A stretch of DNA of 40,095 nt from IMG/VR virus record IMGVR_UViG_3300029868_000012; one strand, given 5' to 3'. Every line of letters starts with the position of its first letter. Positions within the stretch are counted from its first letter, which is position 1. The notes beneath the pieces were generated by a model. That model saw only the letters and a list, made by a program, of their open reading frames with translations, did not search any database and was not told where the DNA came from. Of this stretch, positions 27,201 to 33,302 are shown piece after piece. Both the position numbers and the translations under genes were made by a program. This stretch comes from a virus.

Positions 27201-28731
27201 ATACATTAAGATTCCCCATGTTAAAAACAGTAGTCGAGAAATCGATATCATCTGCTGAACTGGCCAGAATCGAGAACCCAAGAAGCCCCGCGCTAATCTG
27301 TACTTGTACGCGCCTGGTTGCTGGGTTGGATATCGCTGGCCACTCTAATGAATGCTGCTGGCTATTCCATATTACGGGCCTTACGCCATCCCCTACCCTG
27401 ATTTTCTGAGCACAAAAGAACTGGGTTTGTGACTGTTGGCCCTGGTTCGATATGGTTCTAAGGGATGATGTTTCCGCACACTCTACGCCTATAGACATGT
27501 CAACCGGCGTAGTTGTACTTCCACCTAAGACCGTCATAGTTTTCAATCTATACAAAAATCCCCAGTTCTGGCCTCTGTAGCTCTCTTTTCCAGGGTTGCC
27601 TAGAGCGTAATTATCAATATTCTGAAGGACGGTTGCGTTAACTGTACCGAACTCTTCAGACTCAAACCCACCATCAACCTCAATCAAATGAACCACTGGG
27701 GCAACAGAGCCTGTAGGCTTGGTATCTTTGGCGTCAATCCTCCAAGCTCTAAAATTTGTACCATCGCCTATCAGAAAACTTTTAGCATCTACGGAGAACG
27801 TCCCATATATAACCGGAGATCCACTACCTGAAAAGGAAATAATGTCACTTTCTATGTCATAGGAGACATTCGTGCTGCTCCCTCTTACAAACATGTCCGA
27901 TTTATTGCTGGCAGAGGTGAAAAACCCGCTACTAACTATCCCATCCTCGAACTGACCCTGCGACGGAAGGCTTGAAAATTCTGTAGTTATCCCTTGTAAC
28001 GTAGGGATTACATTGGTCCCAGTAGATGAAAAGTTTATAACCCCCGTTCCTGTTTGCGCACCCGTTACACCATTTTCACCAAGAACATGAAGCAAATCAG
28101 CAGGAGGACTATCTACATCGATAAACCCCCTGCGTATATCGCTTCCCGCGTCCCTTAATGCAATAGTTATTATTGTTGGGTTTATGGTTGCATCATCTAC
28201 AACCTGCCACTCTCTAGCGGGAACTACATCCAAAGCCGCCCCACCATAAGTATAGTAAGCTAGTAGCTCGGTGTTCCTGGCTGTTTTTATAATCCCCGGA
28301 GCGGGAACCATTGTACGGGTGTTACCAGTAGCTAGGTATACGATAAGTGTATTGGCGGTTACTGGAGTTATAGCCGTTGAGGAAGGTGTGGCAACCACAG
28401 AACTAGTTCTCGAAGTCAGCGTTACATCAAACGCGGTAGTTGTATGAACTTCCCCATAGCTAGTAATCTGAGCGAACTGTACAGAAACGTTACCCACTAA
28501 TGTAACGCTAGTAGGCTCTGAAGATGTGGCTCGCCTAAACCAGTATCTACTGGATACCGCGTTGGCCGCTACTGCGTTATAGGTTAATAATGTCCAGCCC
28601 GTAGGTGTGGCCGGCAATGTAACATAACGCCCCGAAAATGAGAGGAACATAAAATCATCTTCATCGGCGTTATATTGTAGGGTTATGGTATTTGAACCAG
28701 CTGTAGCAAAAGAGTCTTTTGGAAACGCCAT
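24292..28731 (-). CDS. Giant tail fibre / receptor-binding protein (1479 aa) with beta-helix-like middle and fibre-repeat C-terminus
   Basis: The middle has NNRAIQITGN...TVSGNTFDIEY...-type turns. The C-terminus has repeated ID.KVDIID..VDA. and ILVDTGTTLPAQID / KAKTDSLTF motifs common in phage fibres. Confidence 0.6.
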   Translation of the reverse strand: MAFPKDSFATAGSNTITLQYNADEDDFMFLSFSGRYVTLPATPTGWTLLTYNAVAANAVSSRYWFRRATSSEPTSVTLVGNVSVQFAQITSYGEVHTTTAFDVTLTSRTSSVVATPSSTAITPVTANTLIVYLATGNTRTMVPAPGIIKTARNTELLAYYTYGGAALDVVPAREWQVVDDATINPTIITIALRDAGSDIRRGFIDVDSPPADLLHVLGENGVTGAQTGTGVINFSSTGTNVIPTLQGITTEFSSLPSQGQFEDGIVSSGFFTSASNKSDMFVRGSSTNVSYDIESDIISFSGSGSPVIYGTFSVDAKSFLIGDGTNFRAWRIDAKDTKPTGSVAPVVHLIEVDGGFESEEFGTVNATVLQNIDNYALGNPGKESYRGQNWGFLYRLKTMTVLGGSTTTPVDMSIGVECAETSSLRTISNQGQQSQTQFFCAQKIRVGDGVRPVIWNSQQHSLEWPAISNPATRRVQVQISAGLLGFSILASSADDIDFSTTVFNMGNLNVWELESGTSTSATYSEVGALIISGEIILRTIGRAIVGMTFTACNQITQNTADLSGGNTIDSCIQTNAIVVTSEALFENLANCTFTNNNRAIQITGNQSGTWTDDPNLTVSGNTFDIEYTGTTNFSIPSANTLTVNNASSGVLTIVTPVLTLNINSDTATTLIRYFEDDSQTVVDSATGTTLAYNFPDTDVIDIELVKQSYVPINSQDVVPFDGNINFIMDFDESYNSGHGLTITTEYDYVRATKVLTINSDQNALDVRSSLADVIRTNSSYFNTPLLMMSIPGLTRVDLTDGMTITSMATWKGAGMEMFDAADALNPLEKWFVLKSGGFITGSTTHFRQTDSGNSTAVTLTNNVVDEAFQYWDDPNHDGSTADGFDFSDYMVTKAFLAGSKQARSDLLVDAGISAIASNSYQVVLANEAHGYSGSDPGVSGDITLIAGGTFGGEVFAYEWVDGGTTSGVDIADQINFNGANDPNGIIPGGTGLRWFELSDMVIHNATAVETERGFEEGTTPTLVGFYASRGGLDHPSFTRFQADNGNYFTPAVTANAQTLGIEANSYLQVINKTAKESAIWVLSTAYVAGDRRLRTLGTGTELTTGLYMRCTTGGTSGGSEPTWDTTPGNTTNDNTVVWETMAIAVEDGVQGSDWSLAYTEGEEFKAGDQVRYRVAFENGASYKFPIEAITIATSTGFTILISQVDWVEVNTWAIDGSAETNWVKDGTNIDIDIVGSGSGTKKSLVAWWAFLIASDSEGIELFWDAYDVESSASIKQDVSVVDVVIEKTSAGNFQFTDNDIRYYRSDFSSPYDTTGNSIFMDYSGVPLIVETGVSGLTAPESAQLGVIDSVDGKVDIIDGIVDAILVDTGTTLPAQIDTRMPTTHIDATAGKVDGVALVDTTTTNTDMRGTDGANTIAPDNATIATIDAKVDIIDTNVDAVKAKTDSLTFTKANELDSNIQSVNDTTVVGDGQTGSEWGS

Positions 28732-28732
28732 A

Positions 28733-29224
28733 TTAAGCCACCAACCTATTATACATTTCTGTGTCAGCCTGATATCTCATCATAACCTCATCTTTTCTGT
28801 AGCTTGTGTCTATATCCTCTCTAGGTGCTGCATTCTCTTTTGTTATCTTCACATCAGAAAGCCGCCCTAATACGTCAGACATTGATTTCAAACACATGAT
28901 TTTGTTAACAAACGAACCATCAATAAACCTGGATTGCGGGGTTAAATGTTCGTCATCAGAAACAAGCGCCAAATCAACAAACTGATCATATGATGATAAG
29001 CGCACACCGTCTAATAGATAACCTGTGGTAGCCATGAAGAAAAACGCACTTAGCCACCTATCAAAAGGTTCTCTTATAAAGGCTATTCTTAGGGGGAATT
29101 GGTGAGTTTTGCCCTCATCTATCGTGCCGGATTTGTACATTTCTAGCGTATGGGTGCCGTTCTTTGGTATGCCCAACATTGAAACCGGCCCTATAAACGT
29201 TTTTATGATGTAAGCCTGCCGCAT
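28733..29224 (-). CDS. Sulfotransferase-like protein (short, 163 aa)
   Basis: IPKNGTHT (residues 19-26; PKxGxT PAPS 5'-phosphosulfate-loop type) and REPFDRWLSAF (residues 51-61; RxPxxRxxS 3'-phosphate motif type). The stop is 1 nt from the fibre ATG. Confidence 0.5.
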   Translation of the reverse strand: MRQAYIIKTFIGPVSMLGIPKNGTHTLEMYKSGTIDEGKTHQFPLRIAFIREPFDRWLSAFFFMATTGYLLDGVRLSSYDQFVDLALVSDDEHLTPQSRFIDGSFVNKIMCLKSMSDVLGRLSDVKITKENAAPREDIDTSYRKDEVMMRYQADTEMYNRLVA

Positions 29225-29247
29225 TTAACACCCGCAAAATAAAACAA

Positions 29248-29256
29248 ATTATAGCA
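29248..29256 (-). promoter_or_regulatory. Extended -10 promoter element TGCTATAAT (late operon entry)
   Basis: Plus-strand attatagca. Lies 15 nt downstream of the terminator T-run and 24 nt upstream of ATG 29224. Confidence 0.45.
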
Positions 29257-29270
29257 TACCGAGTAAACAT

Positions 29271-29294
29271 AAAAAAACCCACGTTGAAGTGGGC
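29271..29294 (-). terminator. Rho-independent terminator ending the early operon
   Basis: Minus strand reads CCCAC-TTCAAC-GTGGG followed by TTTTTTT. Confidence 0.7.
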
Positions 29295-29376
29295 TAATTC
29301 GGCTGTACATATCACCTTGCGGATGTACCTAGCCTTTCGGGGGAAAGTCCTTGTCGGGGATTTACTTAAATATAGC

Positions 29377-29460
29377 TTACATCGCCACAATTGCCACTAA
29401 TCCAAGACCAATAAGTACAGTGCATATATTAACCGCTGTGCATTTCCATTTAATTGCCAT
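29377..29460 (-). CDS. Possible 27-aa membrane peptide (MAIKWKCTAVNICTVLIGLGLVAIVAM)
   Basis: Translated by hand. GGGGG lies upstream. Overlaps the upstream gene end by 11 nt. Last ORF before the terminator. Confidence 0.25.
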   Translation of the reverse strand: MAIKWKCTAVNICTVLIGLGLVAIVAM

Positions 29461-29734
29461 TAATCACCCCCAATAGCCTTGCAACCTCAGTATCCCCTTC
29501 ATCAGCTATCGATTTCATCAGCTCGATAAGTATATCCGCCTGGGTTACGCCCTGTCGCTTCTTAGATTTAACCCTAACCCCAGCTCTAACGCCTGATTTT
29601 AGAAGGTGCAACCACCCATTATCCATTAGCGCCACCGTTATAAGCTCTCGATACCCTGCATTCTCTGACTCGGTAAAATGGCGCGAAGATAGCTCTTGAT
29701 CCAATTCGATTAGTAATTCTTTCAATCTCGGCAT
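29450..29734 (-). CDS. Hypothetical helical protein
   Basis: Frame of ORF 29450..29773, with start tentatively at MPRLKELLIELDQ. Protein-like composition throughout. Confidence 0.45.
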   Translation of the reverse strand: MPRLKELLIELDQELSSRHFTESENAGYRELITVALMDNGWLHLLKSGVRAGVRVKSKKRQGVTQADILIELMKSIADEGDTEVARLLGVINGN

Positions 29735-29822
29735 AGTCGCGCGTCTCGGTTTGATCTGGTATATCGATAACATCCATGAAATTAATTAGTTTGCGTATAG
29801 TCATAAGTATTAGCCTCTTCAT
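29619..29822 (-). CDS. Uncertain 67-aa ORF with a good RBS that overlaps 29450..29773 in another frame
   Basis: GGGAG lies 8 nt upstream of ATG 29822. The N-terminal third looks protein-like and the Arg-rich remainder looks off-frame. Confidence 0.25.
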   Translation of the reverse strand: MKRLILMTIRKLINFMDVIDIPDQTETRDYAEIERITNRIGSRAIFAPFYRVRECRVSRAYNGGANG

Positions 29823-29938
29823 ATTGTCGCTCCCGTTAATTTAACGTTAGTTGAACTTCTGAAATTGCGTAATACTTAATCGCTATAATGGGTTGTTTTT
29901 TAGACGTTATTAAATCGCTAATACGACATATCTTATAT

Positions 29939-30187
29939 TTAGTCGTTAAATTCACGACACGCTTTGAACATGTGCTCAAATAAATCCAAGCAAGAGAAGG
30001 CACCATAAAACACGCCAGCAAAAGCCAAACCAAGATAGAACTTAGTCACAATTAAACCGACCTCGCCATCGGTCGCCTTAATGTCTATGCCTACAAAGTG
30101 CGCAATACCGAACCCTATACACGTAATCACCAAGACATAACAAAGCATGGAAATAAAAGCCCAAAATATTGATTTTGAAATACTCAT
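29939..30187 (-). CDS. Small membrane protein (2-3 TM)
   Basis: 82 aa, hydrophobic. Preceded by the conserved leader TGTCGAATAGGAGAAAGTTAG. Confidence 0.55.
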   Translation of the reverse strand: MSISKSIFWAFISMLCYVLVITCIGFGIAHFVGIDIKATDGEVGLIVTKFYLGLAFAGVFYGAFSCLDLFEHMFKACREFND

Positions 30188-30216
30188 CTAACTTTCTCCT
30201 ATTCGACAAATCAGCG

Positions 30217-30456
30217 TCATAGCTGATTTAATTCATTCTCGTATCCGAATATTTCTGATTTAATGTGCTTTACAATACCTCTGTATTTCTTCTGTTTACT
30301 TTTACTTTCAGCTATTCGCCTTTCCAATGCCTGCCTATTAGTTAGCGGTGAATATTCTGGTGGCGCTCCATCGGACTCATACTCACAGCGAACCCAGCAA
30401 TCCCCATTTTTATCCAGCTCGTTAGTGCAAATAGGACAATAAAGTTGATCAGTCAT
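30217..30456 (-). CDS. Zinc-ribbon-like small protein
   Basis: 79 aa. CPIC...C.VRC, then a basic helical tail. ATGA coupling. Confidence 0.5.
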   Translation of the reverse strand: MTDQLYCPICTNELDKNGDCWVRCEYESDGAPPEYSPLTNRQALERRIAESKSKQKKYRGIVKHIKSEIFGYENELNQL

Positions 30457-30662
30457 AACTCAAACCCCCGACATTTTTTAGATTTAGGCTCTTTAGGTAA
30501 TGGCACCCAATGGGTTGGCCGCCACCCGTGGCGCGGATTCCTAAAGCCCCCATTTCCGCCATCGTGATTCTTATCCCAATAGCATGTTTGCCACCCGTAG
30601 CCTTTTTCAAATGCAATAAATCTAGAGCCATCTTTAGGGGCTGATGCTATTGATTTCGACAT
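30453..30662 (-). CDS. DUF551-like phage protein
   Basis: 69 aa. APKDGSRFIA...W......PTHWVPLPKEP matches the DUF551 signature (..THWMPLPEPP). Confidence 0.5.
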   Translation of the reverse strand: MSKSIASAPKDGSRFIAFEKGYGWQTCYWDKNHDGGNGGFRNPRHGWRPTHWVPLPKEPKSKKCRGFEL

Positions 30663-30689
30663 TATTAACTTTCTCCTTTACGACATTAT

Positions 30690-31031
30690 TTAGTGTTGGT
30701 GTGCGGCTTCATCATATGCGAGTGACATATCATAGGCGTCCGAATAGACCATGTCGTAAGATGGCTCGAACCCATTGGTACATTCGTATACATTTTCTTC
30801 ACCAATTTCAGCGGCTTTAAGAGTAAGGAACCCTGCACATTCTTTATCGCCTTCTGATGTAATTGAGTCGCCATCATCGTCATGCTTTGTTGTTTTATGG
30901 CACGGGAAAGTGTTGTACTTTCTTTGCGCACCGTACGCTAATTCTTCCGCTCTTTGTGGGTGAAGAAAGGGCTTAACGTCATTGCGAAACGGGCAATGTT
31001 GGCAAGGCTTTTTGATAAATGAATCACTCAT
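30690..31031 (-). CDS. Hypothetical Cys-containing protein (CQHCPFR...)
   Basis: Start at MSDSFIKKPCQHCPF (ATG 31031). The longer tracked N-terminus covers the conserved non-coding leader. Confidence 0.5.
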   Translation of the reverse strand: MSDSFIKKPCQHCPFRNDVKPFLHPQRAEELAYGAQRKYNTFPCHKTTKHDDDGDSITSEGDKECAGFLTLKAAEIGEENVYECTNGFEPSYDMVYSDAYDMSLAYDEAAHQH

Positions 31032-31086
31032 AATTAACTTTGTCCTTTCGACATTACTTAGTGTTAGCCCCATTACAGGGCTTTAT

Positions 31087-31407
31087 TTAGAAGGGGAAAT
31101 CATCATCTTCTAGGCCGCCCTGGGCTGGTGCTTGCGATGGGCTAGCCTGGTAGCTTGCTGAATCTGAGTGATGCGCTGGCGCTTGCTGCTGTCCATCAGT
31201 CCAGAACACTTTTGTATTGCCAAGAATGGGCGCTTGCTGCTCATTTTCCTCTTTCTTGTGGGTAATCATGCCGTTTTGGTCGTATTGGTCTTTGTTATCA
31301 AGATCGACAAAGGCTGTCATGGTTAAATACTTGCCTTTTTTCCCCTGATAAATCCTGTGCTTTTCAATCTTTGTTACATCGATTTGTAATTCAATTCCTA
31401 CTTTCAT
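31087..31407 (-). CDS. SSB-like protein with a canonical acidic C-terminal tip (DDDFPF)
   Basis: 106 aa. Gln/Pro/Ala-rich linker ending ...GGLEDDDFPF, like the bacterial SSB tail DDDIPF. Adjacent to recT. Confidence 0.5.
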   Translation of the reverse strand: MKVGIELQIDVTKIEKHRIYQGKKGKYLTMTAFVDLDNKDQYDQNGMITHKKEENEQQAPILGNTKVFWTDGQQQAPAHHSDSASYQASPSQAPAQGGLEDDDFPF

Positions 31408-31408
31408 T

Positions 31409-32443
31409 CTATTGATCCTTTAGTGATTCGATTAATAATATTTCTTTCGGGTTTAAATGCTCTATTACTAGCCCCATTTCTTGCTCTGACAGCTCTAGAA
31501 CTAGCTCTTCAACTGTTGACGTATCGCCGCTTACCGAGCCGTCTGTGATTTGTAGTGCGTAATCTTGCATGCAGGCTATACCATGTTTCTCTAAATCATC
31601 AGCAGTAGCCTTATTTGCAACCTTTTTCCCTTTTTCGAATGAGTTATATAAAGCGTTCCACACATCCTCACTTGTGCGTCTTCGCATTAGGTAGAACTCT
31701 AGACCGTTGCCGCCGTTGAATAGCTTCATGTATTCGGCGTGTTCTTCTAGGGTGTATGCCGTACCTTCTGCGTCATGTGAGGCACTAACCGCCGCCTCTA
31801 GTCGATCTCTGCCCTGTACGTTATCGGATGACTGAGGCCACTGCTTAAACGCTCGCTTGAGTATGGTTTTCTTTGCCATCTCATCGTACCAGTTAACCCA
31901 CGGGCCATTTTTAGCAGCCTTTGAGGTGTCTCGAACCTTGTTTATTTCCTCAACGCTCATCACTTCTGTCATGAATTCGCCGCTAGGCAACTTGGCTATG
32001 CAGTAACCGCCCTTTATAGGGCCACGCTCTGAAAATGGGTCTGCGTCATGATCTGGTTTCTCTGTTGGCCCCTTCCAAGTGAATTTATCGTTGGTATAAA
32101 CCAGCTCAACTTTTGCCCAAAGTATAGCGCCTGAGTCTGTAGCTATCTTTCTTAGGCCTTGAAAGCTTATGTCTAGGCAGATACCACCGGCACGAGGCAC
32201 CAAGTAGGCGTGCTGCTTCGCTGGGTTCAAACTAATACCAATAGCCGCCACGTTTAAAATCGCTACCTGAAGGCTCCCAGGGTTAGATTGCGCTGCACTT
32301 AATGAGAACTTACTCTTTTCCACCTGTTGCTTGGCAAAGATACATTCCTGCTCAAAGCTCAATAAATCATTGTTTGCAGTGTTCAGCTTCAGAAACTTCT
32401 CTTTCTGGTTGGCTATAACCTGCATTGGGGTAACATTATTCAC
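31409..32443 (-). CDS. recT: RecT-family single-strand annealing recombinase
   Basis: 344 aa. ...ILNVAAIGISLNPAKQHAYLVPR.....LDISFQGLRKIATDSGAI.WAKVELVYTNDKFTW... is a typical RecT core. Extra acidic C-terminal extension. Confidence 0.7.
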   Translation of the reverse strand: MNNVTPMQVIANQKEKFLKLNTANNDLLSFEQECIFAKQQVEKSKFSLSAAQSNPGSLQVAILNVAAIGISLNPAKQHAYLVPRAGGICLDISFQGLRKIATDSGAILWAKVELVYTNDKFTWKGPTEKPDHDADPFSERGPIKGGYCIAKLPSGEFMTEVMSVEEINKVRDTSKAAKNGPWVNWYDEMAKKTILKRAFKQWPQSSDNVQGRDRLEAAVSASHDAEGTAYTLEEHAEYMKLFNGGNGLEFYLMRRRTSEDVWNALYNSFEKGKKVANKATADDLEKHGIACMQDYALQITDGSVSGDTSTVEELVLELSEQEMGLVIEHLNPKEILLIESLKDQ

Positions 32444-32783
32444 CTCGTTGATCCTCCCAGTAGCTATCTAATGCCGGTTGAACTTTATCTAAAAAATGCT
32501 CTTCTATCTCAGCTATCAAGTAATTCATAACCTCATCTTCTAGAGAGGATCCTATGGATCTCAGCGTCATATCTGTAGATGAAGAAAACTCAAAGCTATT
32601 TACAAACACATCCAATTCAATCTTGGCATCATTCTCGATTTCAAAAAGGTACATATCTGCCAAAGCTTTCTGATCTGAAAGGGTGGCCATGTATATATTA
32701 AAACCTCCAGTTTCCTTGATCGCTTTACCTGACATTATGTCTATAAGTAGATTCTTTAGTTCTGGGTAGTCACTGATTAACAT
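32436..32783 (-). CDS. Hypothetical very acidic protein
   Basis: 115 aa, Asp/Glu-rich. First gene after promoter 32835..32843; overlaps recT by 8 nt. Confidence 0.5.
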   Translation of the reverse strand: MLISDYPELKNLLIDIMSGKAIKETGGFNIYMATLSDQKALADMYLFEIENDAKIELDVFVNSFEFSSSTDMTLRSIGSSLEDEVMNYLIAEIEEHFLDKVQPALDSYWEDQRGE

Positions 32784-32814
32784 TTGTCTTTTCCCTGTTG
32801 CGTTTCGATGTAGT

Positions 32815-32871
32815 AACTTTAGCTAACCTAAAGTATTATAGCAAGTAGATATTTAATAAAACTTTAGCTAA
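32815..32871. promoter_or_regulatory. Operator-like repeats flanking a promoter
   Basis: AACTTTAGCTAA occurs at 32815..32826 and 32860..32871. The first is part of a perfect inverted repeat ACTTTAG-ctaac-CTAAAGT (32816..32834) that abuts the -10 element. Confidence 0.45.
32835..32843 (-). promoter_or_regulatory. Extended -10 promoter element TGCTATAAT (recT operon entry)
   Basis: Plus-strand attatagca, identical to the 9-mer at 29248..29256. Lies in the 117-bp divergent intergenic region. Confidence 0.45.
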
Positions 32872-32900
32872 ACTAACATTAATTAATCGAGAGGTGATAT

Positions 32901-33104
32901 ATGTACACAGTCGAACACGTTTTACGCACAATGGGTGGCGGCAGAGTATTAGCCGCAAAGCTGGATATTGATGAATCTAACTGTAGCCAGTGGATATCTA
33001 AAGGCTACATTCCCCCAGGTAAAGCTATTGCCATATTGAACCTGTCGCTAGACCTTGGATTAGGTTTAGAACTTGGCCCGATGCCTATAGCCAGTGATTC
33101 TTAA
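32901..33104 (+). CDS. Cro/YdaS-like helix-turn-helix regulator
   Basis: 67 aa. ...GGGRVLAAKLDIDESNCSQWISKGYIPPGKA. GAGG RBS 6 nt upstream. Divergent from the recT operon promoter. Confidence 0.5.
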   Translation: MYTVEHVLRTMGGGRVLAAKLDIDESNCSQWISKGYIPPGKAIAILNLSLDLGLGLELGPMPIASDS

Positions 33105-33300
33105 CCCCTAAGCACCAGCTATACGTATAAAATATGCACAAAGCGAAGATTCCCCATTGCTCTGCCTGATATGCCGAATAAAACCAAAACGGTTGCCCAG
33201 CCATACCGAACAAGCATGCGTACTTTTTCCATTGTTCGTTAGGCTGCTGGGTTAGCCATATTGCTACCGCTCCAGTTAATGCTATTGCTACCTGATCCAT
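33085..33300 (-). CDS. Small Trp/aromatic-rich membrane protein (about 3 TM)
   Basis: 71 aa, hydrophobic. Its 3' end overlaps the convergent gene 32901..33104 by 20 bp. Confidence 0.5.
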   Translation of the reverse strand: MDQVAIALTGAVAIWLTQQPNEQWKKYACLFGMAGQPFWFYSAYQAEQWGIFALCIFYTYSWCLGVKNHWL

Positions 33301-33302
33301 AA

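Noticed and set aside
29115-29390. 91-aa minus-strand ORF spanning the early/late junction
   Set aside because: It runs through the intrinsic terminator and the promoter and overlaps the sulfotransferase-like gene out of frame. Its composition (Arg/Cys/Phe-rich) is not protein-like.
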